A stretch of DNA of 64,000 nucleotides from Mobula hypostoma (taxonomy: Eukaryota): NCBI RefSeq assembly GCF_963921235.1, contig NC_086097.1, positions 36,396,001-36,460,000 of the forward strand, in the 5' to 3' direction. A program made the translations under genes and the position numbers. The notes under the pieces were generated by a model that saw nothing but the letters and a program-made list of their open reading frames with translations, was not told the origin of the DNA and made no database searches. Shown here piece by piece: positions 11,961-25,747 of this stretch. Each line of letters opens with the position of its first letter. Positions within the stretch are counted from its first letter, which is position 1.

Positions 11961-12757
11961 AAAAAGCATTTTCTGTTTAATTTCCAATTTCTGGCATTTG
12001 CAGTATTTTCCGTTTGTGTTGTTTATTTTAAAGACAATGTATGGCAGCACAAGTTCGGGCATGTTAAGAGCAGAAAAGGATTTTCCTTCATCTGCCGAAC
12101 CAGCACGAGATAAGGAACTGCTACAAATTTGTTCTTGCAGGAATGTGGCTCCAGGACAATATCCCATGCATGATCACTCTTCAAGCTATGCCACACAGGC
12201 AGCTGTGCTGATATAAGTTTTGTCACTGTATGTGCTATCATAACTGCATGTACTGCGTTTTGCCCTTGGCCCTGAAGGAACACTACTTTGTTTAACCATA
12301 TACATCTGTTTGGTTGAAGGACTATTAAACTTGAACTTGGATTTTGGGATCATGTGGTATGGAATAGAGTTTTACAGTTCATTGCATTTACCTGCTGAGG
12401 ACTGTTTTCGTGCTGACTTGCCAGCAGTTAACAAGGATCAGAAAGATAAAAAATAAAGGTGGCTGCCCACAGATGAACAGCACATTTCTACCTTCTTCCC
12501 CATATCATCATAAGCAAGGTTATGGGGGTGAGAAGGTAAAATTGACCAAAACTAGATACCACACACATTCTATAAGCAACAAAGTTTTCTTATTACAACT
12601 GAATCACTGCAGTTCAAACAGAAAATGTAAATCAACAAATGGAAATGATTGGGCATGTGCCACAATTTGAGAGATAAAAATAAGTGTTTGATTCTTACAT
12701 GAAAAATTTTGTGCAGTGGTTAGTGGCAATTGATATTGTGGTTGAGAAAAAGGCAAG

Positions 12758-13292
12758 CACACTCAGCAGCCACTTTATTAGGTACAGGATGTAGAACCCA
12801 GTATGGCCTTCTATACTGTAGTCCACCTGCTTCGAGGTTCCATGTATTGTGCATTCAGAAATGCTCTTCTCACACGCCAGTGCTGTGATTAGTGGCCATT
12901 TGAGTTACTGTCGCCTTCTTGTCAGCGAGAACAAGTCTGGCCATTCTCCTTTGACCTCTCTTACTAACAAGGCAGTTTGCTCACAGAAGTTCCACTTACT
13001 GGATGTTTTTCGCTTTTCACACCATTCTCTGTAAACTCAGAGATTGTTGTGCATGAAAATCCCAGGGAATTAACAGTTCCTGAGATACTCAAACCACCCT
13101 GTCTGGAACTAACAATCATTCCACAGTCAAAGCCATTTAGGTCACATTGGTTCCCCACTCTGATGTTTGGTCTGAACAACAACTGAACCTTTTGACCATG
13201 ACAACATACATTGCTATGCTGCCACGTGATTGGCTGATTAGATAATTGCATTAATGAGGGTGTATAGGTGTACCTAATAAAGTGTACACAGT
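12758..13292. mobile_element. Tc1-derived non-autonomous element
   Basis: Inverted termini gccactttattaggtaca / gtacctaataaagtg; same family at 31443-33062. Confidence 0.7.
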
Positions 13293-13339
13293 ATATTTTC
13301 TTTGCTATTTTGAGATCTACAGGTTGGACTTTTCAAAAC

Positions 13340-16300
13340 CCAGATGCACTGAATAATTTATGGATATGTTCTACACAGAACTGACTGAAGCACTGTCAAA
13401 GCATTTCAAGGTCAGCCAATTCACACTGCAGAGCATTTCAGTATCAGCAGCCGGCAGAAGGAGATGTTACTGTGACGTTCGTCCACTAGAGCATCAGGCA
13501 TGCTCCTGTGATTCTGGTCTATTCGTAGATAATGCCTCCAAGATCAGTTTATCTATGGTCTCCAAGGTCAATTTTATAACAGACAACTGTTGTCAGAAGA
13601 GGATTTGACTGTGAGTGGAAATAGAATTTATTCCCTGATGGCAGATAATTCAGTAAACATGCAGCTGGACATCCACCTCGCTTGTACAAGGGGGAGCTTA
13701 TGACATGCTGCTTGCTGTCTTCACATATACACTTGTCACTTCAGGAGGCAGAATTCCTCATGTGGGAGAGATTCAAGTTTCAGTAAAGTATGGAGAGGTA
13801 CAGTATGATTTGGGTCCTGCCCCAGCGGTAATAAAGGAAAATATGCTCCGACTCCTAAGTAAAGTCATTAGGATGAAACTGGCTAGAAAAGATGAAACTG
13901 TAATATCAAATAGTATGCAACAGATTTCACTGTTATCTTGGTACATGAGATAATAATAAACTGATTTCAATTCCAAATTGAACTGGGAAAAGACTTTCAA
14001 CTTAAGCAAGGAAAGATTTTATGACCTACAATGGAGGAAAAGAGTTGGATAGATACACCTCTGTCTTTAAAGAAAGCAAAGGGAAGATAAAGGATTTCAA
14101 AGCAAAGATCCATGAGAAAATCAAAACCAATCCCATCTTCCATAAATTTTGATCTTTGCCTTAAAGTGAGGTGGAGAATGAATTGAATCATTTGGGGAGG
14201 GAAGGCAAAGAGAAGAATGTCTGGTTTCGTTATGTTTTTGTACCTAAACAAAGTGAGGTGTTATGTGGCAACTCCAAGGTCATGATAAACCATCGCATGG
14301 AAGTTGAAACTTACCTGTTAATCAAGGGTTGAGGTTCTGAACTGGAAGAAGGCCAAATTTGAAGAAATGAGAAAGGATCTAAAAAGCGTGGATTGGGACA
14401 GGTTGTTCTCTGGCAAAGATGTGATTGGTCGGTGGGAAGCCTTCAAAGGGGAAATTTTGAGAGAGCAGAGTTTGTATATTCCTGTCAGGATTAAAGGCAA
14501 ATTGAATAGAAATAAGGAACCTTGGTTCTCAAGGGATATTGCAACTCTGATAAAGAAGAAGAGGGAGTTGTATGAAATGTATAGGAAACAGGGGGTAAAT
14601 CAGGTGCTTGAGGAGTATAAGAAGTGCAAGAAAATACTTAAGAAAGAAATCAGGAGGGCTAAAAGAAGACATGAGGTTGCCTTGGCAGTCAAAGTGAAGG
14701 ATAATCCAAAGAGCTTTTACAAGTATATTAAGAGCAAAAGGATTGTAAGGGATAAAATTGGTCCTCTTGAAGATCAGAATGGTCGGCTTTGTGCGGAACC
14801 AAAGGAAATGGGGGAGATCTTAAATAGGTTTTTTGCGTCTGTATTTACTAAGGAAGCTGGCATGAAATCTATGGAATTGAGGGAATCAAGTAGTGAGACC
14901 ATGGAAACTGTACTGATTGAAAAGGAGGAGGTGCTTGCTGTCTTGAGGAAAATTAAAGTGGATAAATCCCCGGGACCTGACAGAGTGTTCCCTCGGACCT
15001 TGAAGGAGACTAGTGTTGAAATTGCGGGGGCCCTGGCAGAAATATTTAAAATGTCGCTGTCTACGGGTGAAGTGCCGGAGGATTGGAGAGTGGCTCATGT
15101 TGTTCCGTTGTTTAAGAAAGGATTGAAAAGTAATCCAGGAAATTATAGGCCGGTGAGTTTAACGTCAGTTGTAGGTAAGTTATTGGAGGGAGTACTAAGA
15201 GACAGAATCTACAAGCATTTGGATAGACAGGGGCTTATTAGGGAGAGTCAACATGGCTTTGTGCGTGGTAGGTCATGTTTGACCAATCTGTTGGAGTTTT
15301 TCGAGGAGGTTACCAGGAAAGTGGATGAAGGGAAGGCAGTGGATATTGTCTACATGGACTTCAGTAAGGTCTTTGACAAGGTCCCGCATGGGAGGTTAGT
15401 TAGGAAAATTCAGTCGCTAGGTATACATGGAGAGGTGGTAAATTGGATTAGACATTGGCTCGATGGAAGAAGCCAGAGAGTGGTGGTAGAGAATTGCTTC
15501 TCTGAGTGGAGGCCTGTGACTAGTGCCACAGGGATCAGTGCTAGGTCCATTGTTATTTGTCATCTATATCAATGATCTGGATGATAATGTGGTAAATTGG
15601 ATCAGCAAGTTTGCTGATGATACAAAGATTGGAGGTGAAGGAGACAGTGAGGAAGGTTTTCAGAGCCTGCAGAGGGACTTGGACCAGCTGGAAAAATGGG
15701 CTGAAAAATGGCAGATGGAGTTTAATGCTGACAAGTGTGAGGTATTGCACGTTGGAAGGACAAACCAACGTAGAACATACAGGGTTAATGGTAAGGCACT
15801 GAGGAGTGCAGTGGAACAGAGGGATCTGGGAATACAGATACAAAATTCCCTAAAAGTGTCGTCACAGGTAGGTAGGGTCGTAAAGAGAGCTTTTGGTACA
15901 TTGGCCTTTATTAATCGAAGTATTGAGTATAAGAGCTGGAATGTTATGATGAGGTTGTATAAGGCATTGGTGAGGCCGAATCTGGAGTATGGTGTTCAAT
16001 TTTGGTCACCAAATTACAGGAAGGATTTAAATAAGGTTGAAAGAGTGCAGAGAAGGTCTACAAGGATGTTGCCGGGACTTGAGAAACTCAGTTACAGAGA
16101 AAGGTTGAATAGGTTAGGACTTTATTCCCTGGAGCGTAGAAGAATGAGGGGAGATTTGATAGAGGTATATAAAATTATGATGGGTATAGATAGAGTGAAT
16201 GCAAGCAGGCTTTTTCCAATTAGGCAAGGGGAGAAAAAAACCAGAGGACATGGGTTAAGGGTGAGGGGGGAAAAGTTTAAAGGGAACATTAGGGGGGGCT

Positions 16301-16760
16301 TCTTCACACAGAGAGTGGTGGGAGTATGGAATGAGCTGCCAGACGAGGTGGTAGATGCGGGTTCTTTTGTAACATTTAAGAATAAATTGGACAGATACAT
16401 GGATGGGAGGTGTATGGAGGGATATGGTCCGTGTGCAGGTCAGTGGGACTAGGCAGAAAATGGTTCGGCACAGCTAAGACCGGCCAAAAGGCCTGTTTCT
16501 GTGCTGTAGTTTCTATGGTTCTAATGCAGAGGATTTATTTGCTATCTTGGCAGACAGAAGGTTCTTCAGTAAAGTATACTAACCATTTGTATGTCAGCAG
16601 TTGGAGTTGGATCCATAACTGAAGGACTATCTCACCATGAGCACTTACTGCCTGTGCAGTTATCATGAACTTGCTGATGGAATTTCATTGCACCAGAAAT
16701 TCTCCAGCATACTATGAGCCAGGTACCGTGTGGGCTAGACCATATTAACCTCTAGAATGG
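13340..16760 (+). pseudogene. Decayed Ty3/Gypsy gag-pol remnant (13340-14317 and 16524-16760) split by a CR1
   Basis: Protease-like VNMQLD..., GEIQVSVKYG..., RT-like CGNSKV...VETY before the CR1; EDLFA.LA...FSK...YLT...IS.APEI.Q.TM after it. Confidence 0.65.
14318..16523 (+). mobile_element. Young 5'-truncated CR1 LINE; ORF2 RT with one frameshift near 15523
   Basis: ORFs 14367-15575 and 15523-16452: [44 protein letters not shown]; tail gtttctatggttcta. Confidence 0.95.
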
Positions 16761-17749
16761 AAAATCCATCTGAGGTCTGTTCTTGGACAGCAACTTCTAT
16801 GGGCAGGCAGAGTAATTCTCTGAAATTATTTTGTGGTTGAACACTTTATCCCAAAATTAGTACCTGTTACAATCTGTGTTGAAGAGTAGATATAAATTGT
16901 ATATTCATTTCAGGAAAGTTTCATCTAAGGGAGAGTTGCATTACATATTGAGTTGTGCAATTCATTGTGAATTTCATAGAGCAGTGTTTCCAAATTTTTT
17001 TATGCCATGGACCCTACTATTAACCGAAGGTTCCGTGGATCCCTGCATAGAGTTAGTTTACCACAAGGTTACCAGCAAGGGGATTTTAGAAGATAAAATT
17101 CAGATGAATAGCAAGTGTCTCTGAAATCCTCTTCATTACTATAACAAAGATTACTACAGTCAAGGAGATTATAGAAAATTTTGGAGCAGGCTTCAGGAGC
17201 TATATGGTTTTCTTCTTTCTACTCCTTACATTCCTATGTGGACTAAAAGGCTCGCACTAGTGATGGTAACAATGAAATTATAATCCTTATAAAGTACTTC
17301 AGTGGAGAAATTCTACTATGCCTGATTCTATAACGAAAGCATCATTAGACTGTTAACTGTTTTTTGAAATGGCCTAGAAGACAATGCACTTTTACTGACC
17401 TCTGTTATTAGGAATGATCTTTAGGAACTTTAGGTCGCACGGAGTATTGGATTGAGCCAAAATAATCATGGACCCATTCGTCCACACCGTCAAAAAGATC
17501 TACATTAGGCATTGCCTCAAGAAGGCAGCGCCTATCGTCAAAGTTCCCCACCATGTGGGCCATGCTACTTTCCTACAGTTGGCATTGGGCAGGAGTACAG
17601 AAGCCTAAAGTTCAAGAACTGCTACTTCCCTTCAACCATTTGGTTTTTCAACTAACTTTGCACAACCCTAATCACGACCTCAGGATAGCAATACTGTGAT
17701 CACTTTGGCCACTTCGCACTACAATTGACATTTCTTTTGTCTACTTATT

Positions 17750-18012
17750 TATTTAGTTTAGAGACAGTGCAAAACAAGGCCTCTTGCCCACTAAGCCGTA
17801 CCGTCCAGCAACCCACCAATTTAACCCTAAACTAATCGCATGGTGACTTACAATGATGGATTAATCTACTAATCAATATGTTACTGTTGGAGGAAACCAG
17901 AGCACCTGGAGGAAACCCATGCACACACAGAAAGGAACGTACAAACTTGCTTATGGAGGATGCTGGAACTTAATTGTAGAAACATTACGACAACTGTCTC
18001 ATTACCATGGCA
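17750..18012 (-). mobile_element. V-SINE-type tRNA SINE
   Basis: ggaggaaaccagagcacctggaggaaaccca is the reverse complement of the V-domain core. Confidence 0.65.
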
Positions 18013-18645
18013 CCCCATTGTGGTTCCGATTGTGCGCTTCCTTGTATAATTAACGTTTGTTGTGTCTCTGATGCTATGTGCCTATAATGTTTCATAGCAT
18101 CTGTGCAGACCTGTACCTGTGTGTATGACAATAAACTCAAATTTGACTTTAAGTGGTGACCAGTGATATTTGTTTCCAAGAAGGATCGGTAAACAATCAA
18201 TTTTTAAATAATGAAGACTTCTTGTGTACCTCACTAATCCCTCTACAAATTTCAATATCGCCATTTGTAACAGATTTCCAATCTTCTTCTCATAAACATC
18301 CAACAAAGTTGCCGACGCCTCCGAGGTGGGCAGAGTAACGTTGGTTCACGTGGGGGTAGGGCTCCCAGCCAGGGAAATGGTCAGCCCAGTGGCATCAACC
18401 CTCTTGCTTCACTTTGAGTATAAAGTGATCAATCCTTACTTTTAATACAATTTTGTCGCCATCACAGTAGCACTTAGATTCTTACCAGACGGTGCTGTGA
18501 ACTTACTTCGAGTGTCCTTTCTGAGCTTCTTCCTTTGCCTTTGCATAAAGCTTTATGCCCTGGAGTCACAGAACTGCTCCGCATGGAATGGGCCATTCCA
18601 CCCATGTCATTCATGTTGACTAGTGGGCCACCGTCAATTTATACG

Positions 18646-18838
18646 TAAACCCAAAACAATCTGCAGACGCTGGGGCCAAAGCAACACTTACAACAAGCTG
18701 GAGGAACTCAGCAGGTCGGGCAGCATCCGTGGAAAAGATTGGTCGACGTTTTGGGCCGGAACCCTTCCTCCGAAACGTCGACCGATCTTTTCCACGGATG
18801 CTGCCCGACCTGCTGAGTTCCTCCAGCTTGTTGTGAGT
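18646..18838. mobile_element. Penelope-derived near-perfect hairpin insertion with hammerhead core deleted at the fold
   Basis: Inverted arms ~18684-18750 vs ~18770-18840; 13-bp TSD gtcaatttatacg (18633-18645, 18839-18851). Confidence 0.85.
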
Positions 18839-19102
18839 GTCAATTTATACGCATTCTCCCAGCACTTGTTCCATAGCTTTCTATGTCCAAGCAATTCAAG
18901 TGCTTTTCCAGACACTTCTTACATGCTGTCAGTGACTCTGCTTCAACCGCTTTCTCAGGTAATGCATTCCAAGTACTTAAGACTCTCTGGATGATGGTGG
19001 TCCCCTCAAATGCCCTCAAAATCTCTTCCTTGAAGAATATATCCTCTAGCTTTATCGTTTATCTATCTCTGTTGTACGATTTTTATTATTATTTATTAAT
19101 AT

Positions 19103-19455
19103 CAAGCAACACACAAAGAATGCTGGAAGAACTCTGCAGGTTAGGCAGCATTTCTGCTGAGAAATAGACAGTCGACATTTCATGCAGAGACCCTCTATCA
19201 GGACTGGAATGGAAGGGGGCAGAATCCAGAATAAGGAGGTGTGAGGACCTGCAACCCGGTACTCCTCCCCCTCCCCCTCACCTTCTTAGGCTGGCTTCTG
19301 CCCCCTTCCTGTCCAGTCCTGATGAAGGAGCTTGGCCTGAAACATGGTCTGTTCATTTCCCTCAATAGATGGTACCTGACTCGTTTAATTCCTCCAGAAC
19401 TTCATGTGTGTTGCTCAAGATTTCTAGCATCTAAAGAATCTCTTGCGTCTTGTAG
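19103..19455. mobile_element. Older Penelope fold-back insertion with degenerate hammerheads
   Basis: Inverted arms; plus-strand agtc-ctgatga-agg-agcttgg-cct-gaaac-atg at 19315-19346; candidate 10-bp TSD ttattaatat (19093-19102, 19456-19465). Confidence 0.75.
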
Positions 19456-21379
19456 TTATTAATATTAAATTATTTCTAGAATTCTAGTTTCCTGTGTCCT
19501 ATGCTTTGATACATAACATACTTCATAGATATTGATGACCCTGCTGGGTATTTACATCAAATCCTATTTTTTAAAATTTCACATCATTTAATCCTTACAG
19601 TTCATTGCATAGAGCAGAAGAAAATGTTCAATCCTAACTTGTCGAGTTATATTCCAATTACAAAATAGCCAGCAGTGAATGATGACAAATTGTTTCCATT
19701 TAAGAGAAGGACAAGTTACTGGTATTGACTTTAGATTTTGTGAGCTGACTAAACAGCCGGGTGACTGAAGTGCTGGCAGTAAGTCTGTCAGCTAAGATAA
19801 AGCTTTGATGTGTCATCAGGACAAAATCCCAAACTCCCAGTTCATTATTTGGTTCCCATATTTTAAGGACAGAAAAATCTCTAAGAACAAAAGCCCAGGA
19901 AATCTATTTGAGCTTCAACCCAACTCTGTGGTTGACATAAAATAGAAAGTCTGCTCCTTTTCATCAGCAGCCTCCTCAAGCAATTGAGCAATGGGGACCC
20001 AGCATACCCAATTTCTGTTGGATGTGGTTGCTGTAGGGTATAACAGGCATCGATGAGCATGGTCAAGGAACCTAATACAGCTCCCTCAAAACATTGGAAC
20101 ATAGAAAGGTAGAAAATGCTTAGAAGAGATCATTTGGATCTTTGGAATTGCTCCACCATTCAACATAATTATGGTGCCTTATCCATTTCTGTACATTATT
20201 TTCCCATCTTAACCAAAATCCTTCAATCCTTTTCTCATTGAGAAGTACATCTGTCTCCTTCATGAATATATTTAATGAACTGGGTTACATCTGCTTCAGA
20301 GGGAGATAGTTTTATAGATTCATCATTTTCTGAGTGTAAGGTTTCTGTGACAGGAAAAGAGTAGATGTTGGGATGTTCTCACTAGTGGGAGAATCTTGAA
20401 AAAGGGGGCATAACTACAAGATAAAAGGCTGCATTTAAAACTGAATTGTGTTCAAATTTCTTCTCTTGGAGGATACTGAAGTCGTGGAATTTCTCACCCT
20501 GGTGAATGATGGCAGCAGGATCATTTAAAGTGAAGGTGGAAAAATAGTTGATGGATTGAGGAACATGAGGAAATGCTACAGAAGAGAAATTGAGGGCAGC
20601 ATAGATAAGCCACAATCACATTCTACTGTACAGAGGGGCTGGTTTGAAAGGGCTGATGGCCTATTCATGCTCCTATTTTTTTACGTTCTTGTGAGAGTGA
20701 AGAAATTTCCTCTGTTCTTGGTTCTTAAAGTCATACCTTATATTCTGAGGTTGTGGACTTCCCACACATTGTGCATATGACAATAAACTCAGCATTGAAT
20801 AACCTCCCTATATCTAGTCTGTCTCATCTCAAGTTCAAGCTTAATTGTCATTCAACCATACACATGTATACAGCTAAACAAAACATCATTTCTCTGAGGG
20901 CAACAGTACGTACAGTTATACACAGCACATATAGTTAAGATAGCTCATACAGTCACAAAATAATATTAGCACAAGTCCCTGAGTGGTATAGCCCAGTGCA
21001 CTGGATGTTGTCCTCATTAGTACTTTATAGGCTTTATATGAGATTCCCCCTCATTCTTCTATAGTCCAATACAAGTCCAAACTAACTAACCTCTGTTCAT
21101 ACAACAAATCTGCATTCCAACTATCAGACTAATAAAGCTCGGATGAACTCTCTCCACAGCAAGATAATCCTACCCTGAAACAGAGACAAAGGTGCATATA
21201 TAACCTCAGATCGGGTCTTACCATGGCTCAATACAGCTGCAGCAATATATCTTAGTTCTTGTACTCAGCCTCCTTGCTAAGAAGGCCAGTGTATTATTTC
21301 TCTTCCTGGCTGCTTGCTCCAACTAAACACTTGTTTGCTTATAGCCACCCAGGTCACATTTTCTCCCAATCTACCTCCA

Positions 21380-23010
21380 TTCAGCTGCCTGGCTGAGTAC
21401 TACAGACCTAGGCTGATCAACTATCTAGAGTGTTCTAACTTCTAATTCTAACCCTTAACCTCTTGCTTTGGCAATCTGAGGTCCCACCCGCATCAAAGCA
21501 GCCTTTGATTATACTGTGCCTAAGAGGAAAGTGGTAACCTGCTCCAATGACTACCATCCAGTAGCACTTACTAACACAGTGACGAAGTATTTTGAGAGGT
21601 TGGTGATGAAACTTTTCAATTCCTGCCTGAGAAATGGCTTGGATCCGCTCCAGTTTGCATACTGTCACAACAGGTCAACAGCAGATGCCATTTCATTGTC
21701 TCTTCACTCAACGGTGGAACATGTGGACAGCGAAGATGCAAATATCAGGATGCTCTTCATTGCCTACAGCTCAGCATTCAATATTAATCCCTGCAAAACT
21801 AATTGATAAGCTTCAAGACCTTGGCCTCAATACCTCCTTGTGCAACTGGATCCTCATTTTCCTCACTTGTAGACCCCATTCAGTTCAGATTGACATCTCC
21901 TCCATAGTCACCATGTGCACAAGTGCACCACAAGGCTGTGTGCTTAGCTCCCTGCTCTACTCCCTTTATTCTTGTGTCTATGAGACTAAGCACAGCTCCA
22001 ATGCCAGTTTAAGTTTGCTTTGGTCAAATCAAAGGTGACAATAAATCAGCATGTGGGAGGGAGCTTGAAAACCTGGCTGAGTAGTGTCACAACAATAGCC
22101 TCTCACTCAGTGTCAGCAAGACCAAGGAGCTGGTTATTGACTTCAGAAGGAGAAAACTCATGGTCCATGAGTCAGTCCTCATATGAGCTATTGATTAGTT
22201 TTGAGGAGATGATAGAATTGCGAGGGTCAGCAACTTTAAATTCCTTGGTGTTATTATTTCAGAGGCTCTGTCCTGGGTTCCTGTCCTTAAGTACCATTAT
22301 GAAGAAAGCAATCAGTTTCTCTACCTTCTTGAAAGTTTACAAAGATTTAGCACGCCATCTAAAACTTTAACAAACTATTGATGTGCGGTGGAGAGTCCAT
22401 TGACTGACTGCATCATGGCCTGCTACGGAAACCCCAATGCCTTTGAATAAATAAGTCTACAAAAAGTGGTGGATACAGCCCAGTCTATCACGGGTAAGGC
22501 CCTCCCCACTATTGAGATAATTCACATGGAGAACCGTCAAAGAAAAACAGCATCCATCATCAAGGGCCCCCTCCATCCAGACCATGCTTTCTTCTCACTG
22601 CTACCATCAGGAGGGAGGTACAGAAGTCTCAGGACCAACACTACAAGTTTCAGGAACAATTATTACCCCTCAACCATCAAGCCCTTTAACCAGAGGGGAT
22701 AATTTTACTCACTCCATCACTGAACTGTTCCGAACAATCTATGTACTCACTTTCAAGGACTCTTTATCTCATGATCTTGATATTTATTGTTTATTTATTA
22801 TTATTCTTATTACTTATTTTCTTTCTTTTTGTAGTTGCAGTTTGTTGTCCTCTGCAGATTGGTTGTTTGCCCATCCTGTTGGGTGCAGTCTTTCTTTGTT
22901 TCTATTGTGTTTCTTGTATTTACTATGAATGCCTGCAAGAAATTGAATCTCAGGGTTGTATATAGTGACATAAATGTTCTTTGATAATAAATTTAGCTAG
23001 AACTTTGATT
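21380..23010 (+). mobile_element. Rex1/Babar LINE 3' half, decayed
   Basis: DYHPVALT...FERLV...[37 protein letters not shown]; tail gataataaatt. Confidence 0.85.
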
Positions 23011-23535
23011 CAGATTTTGCTCACCTACCTGCAGGAAAGATGTAAACAATGTTGAAAGAGTGCAGAGAAAATTTACAAGGACGTTGCCGAGTCTGGGGTC
23101 CTGAGTCACAAGGAAAGATTGAATAGGTTAGGATTATATTCTTGAGAACATAGAAGACTGAGAAGAGATTTGATAGAGGTATATAAAATTATGAGGGGTA
23201 TAGGTAGGGTAATTGCAAGCAGGCTCTTTCCACTGACTGCAGGTGGGACGACAACACAGGTCATTGCTGAAAAGCGAAAGTGAGAAGTTTAAAGGGAACA
23301 TGAGGGGAACGTCTTCACTCAGAGGGTTGTGAGAGTGTGGAATGAGTTGCCAGCAGAACAGGTACATGTGAGCTAGATTACAATGTTTAAGAGAAGTTTG
23401 GATAGGTACATGGATAGTGGGGATATGGAGGGCTATGGTCCCGGTGCAGGTTGATGGGAGAAGGCAGTTTAAATGGTTTTGGCATGGACTAGATGGGCTG
23501 AAGGGCCTGTTTCTGTGCTGAACCTCTCTATGACT
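23010..23535 (+). mobile_element. CR1 3' fragment
   Basis: RRLR.DLIEVYKIMRG motif and 3' UTR gggctgaagggcctgtttctgtgctg. Confidence 0.8.
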
Positions 23536-23694
23536 GTAGAGTAACCTGTGTTGTTGCATGAATGAAATCGCCAGAGAAAATTACTGGTAGATACAAAGCA
23601 GCTTCTTTATTCAACAAAACAAGGTACAGCAGGCATCATAGGGAGACGCTTTTGGTGGAAAGTCTGCTTGGCCAACGTGGGGCTTGTTACATAC

Positions 23695-24733
23695 ACCTGT
23701 TTGGGTGCATACTCCAGATACCTTTAAGGTAACTGTAGCCACCAGCCAGGAGCAGATGTCATCAGGTGGTTCCCAATCTTCACAGTGTGTTTCGACCCTT
23801 AACCACGACACTCTCCAGTTGGTGGGCCGGCAGTGGTAGCCAAATCACTGCCCATCTGCTCCTGGCTTCCAGCTTCCCTCCTCTGGCTTACTCCAAATCC
23901 AACAAGAGGCTCGTTCTACCTCTTCCCCCATCCTATGGGCTGCTTGTTTTTTTGCTCCTTTGGCTGGGAAACCTCTGCAGCTGATCTCCACGGGGAACAA
24001 CCATGCCTGCCATCCCTTGTCTTTGCATTCCTGCACTAAGGGCTGGTACTTCAAGGCCTTTCTCTCGTGGGCGTCTTCCCATCCCTCCTCCCATGGCACA
24101 GTCAGCTCAACCAGAATTATTTTCTTGTCTTCGGTTGACCACAGTACAACGTCCGGGCATAGGGTTGTGTGCACCACATCCGGGAACTGCAACCTCCTTC
24201 CCACATCAACCCTCATCTCCCAGGACCTAGCCGTTAGCAGCAGATTGGGCTTTGGTTGTTTGGTCACGAAAGGCCTAGCTCCCTCTTTGATGAAGGTGAT
24301 GGCCTTCCTCAATTCTGTGCCAGCCGTCCTCTTCTTGCATCTCTCCCGCTCTAGTGTGTCAACAAGAGCCAGAAGGACCTTATCATGGCACCACCTATAC
24401 CGTCCTTGAGTTAGAGCTGTTTTACACCCAGACAGTATATAAACCAGTGTCCCCTTTTGACCACAGAGCTTACAGCTCAGGTCCTCTCACATCCCCCATG
24501 TGTACAGATGTAATGGCGAAGGAAGGGTGTCATACACAGATCGCAAGAGGAAGGAAATATGGAAGGGCTCCAGTCTCCATAACTCTGCCCATGAGATCTT
24601 GTGCTTGGGCAAGATCCCATTTTGTCCAGACACCCTGGGACCCTTGTTCCATTGCCTTTGAAATCCGCTTCTCTTCCTCACGGATCCGTACTTCTGCCTG
24701 TATCATGTCTCGCCTGTTCCTTATGCTTGCGTT
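23695..24733 (-). pseudogene. R2-superfamily (HERO-like) non-LTR retrotransposon 3' fragment: Zn knuckle and restriction-like endonuclease
   Basis: ORF 23845-24312 PDVVLWS...ILVELTVPWEE...AHERKALKY...GWQAWLFPVEISCRGF; upstream FLLRSVYDTLPSP and a CKLC...C...GRYRW.HD segment. Confidence 0.85.
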
Positions 24734-24804
24734 AAATAAGTTAAACAAGTCGTGCAAAAATAGAAATAAAAAAGTAGTGAGGTAGTGTTCATGGGTTCAA
24801 TGAC

Positions 24805-25195
24805 CAATCCTCATAGAGGGATCAGGAGTGGAGAGAGTGAGCAGTTTCAAGTTCCTGGGTGTCAAGATCTCTGAGGACCTAGCCTGGTCTTGACATATTG
24901 ATGCGAGCGACTATACTTCATTAGGAGTTTGAAGAGATTTGGTCTGTCAACAAATACACTCAAAAACTTCTATAGATGTACCGTGGAGAGCATTCTGACA
25001 GGCTGCATCACTGTCTGGTATGGGGGTCTACTGCACAGGACTGAGGGGAGCTGCAGAGGGTTGTAAATTTAGTCGGCTCCATCTTGGTTACTAGCCTACA
25101 AAGTACCCAGAACATCTTCAAGGAGCGGTGTCTCAGAAAGGCAGTATCCATTATTAAGGACCTTCAGCACCCAGGGCATGCCCTTTTCTCAAATT
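24805..25195 (+). mobile_element. Rex1/Babar fragment
   Basis: FKFLGVKISEDL.W, FYRCTVESILTGCITVWYG. Confidence 0.8.
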
Positions 25196-25747
25196 TACTG
25201 CTGTCAGAACCATAAGAGGAAACAATCTCATTTCTTGGCCATGGGTAGTGAGAGAATAACCTCTTTCGAATTCCTGTCCACATTAATAATAGCAATGAAA
25301 AGGTTATTTTATATTTGTCCTTCAAACATCCTATGAATCTTCAGGGGAAAGTATTTCATAAAGAAACTCTATTCCTAAACTTTAATCACTTTTCCAAATT
25401 GTTGGCTCCCTGAAAAAACAATCAGAAAGAGCTTGCTTTTCCCTAGTTTGATAACAATGCACAGTTCCTGACAGGGCAGATCACAATGATGTTATCGCTA
25501 AAGAAGAATTCAGATGAATTGGTGGGTCATGGAAAATTGCAGAAGTAATGCTTCCAAGAATAGAAGGCCTGTTTGCAATGCATGTGAATTCTCCCTTCTT
25601 CTTTATCTTCTTAGCCAGTCCCTTGGAGGTGAGACTGATGGACTAATGAAACCAGTCTGGGAAATTAAATTCTCCTGCAGGTAGGTGACCACCTACAGCA
25701 GACTTCTCAAGGCAAAGGAAAAAAAATGTCACTAATACTGTATCGAA

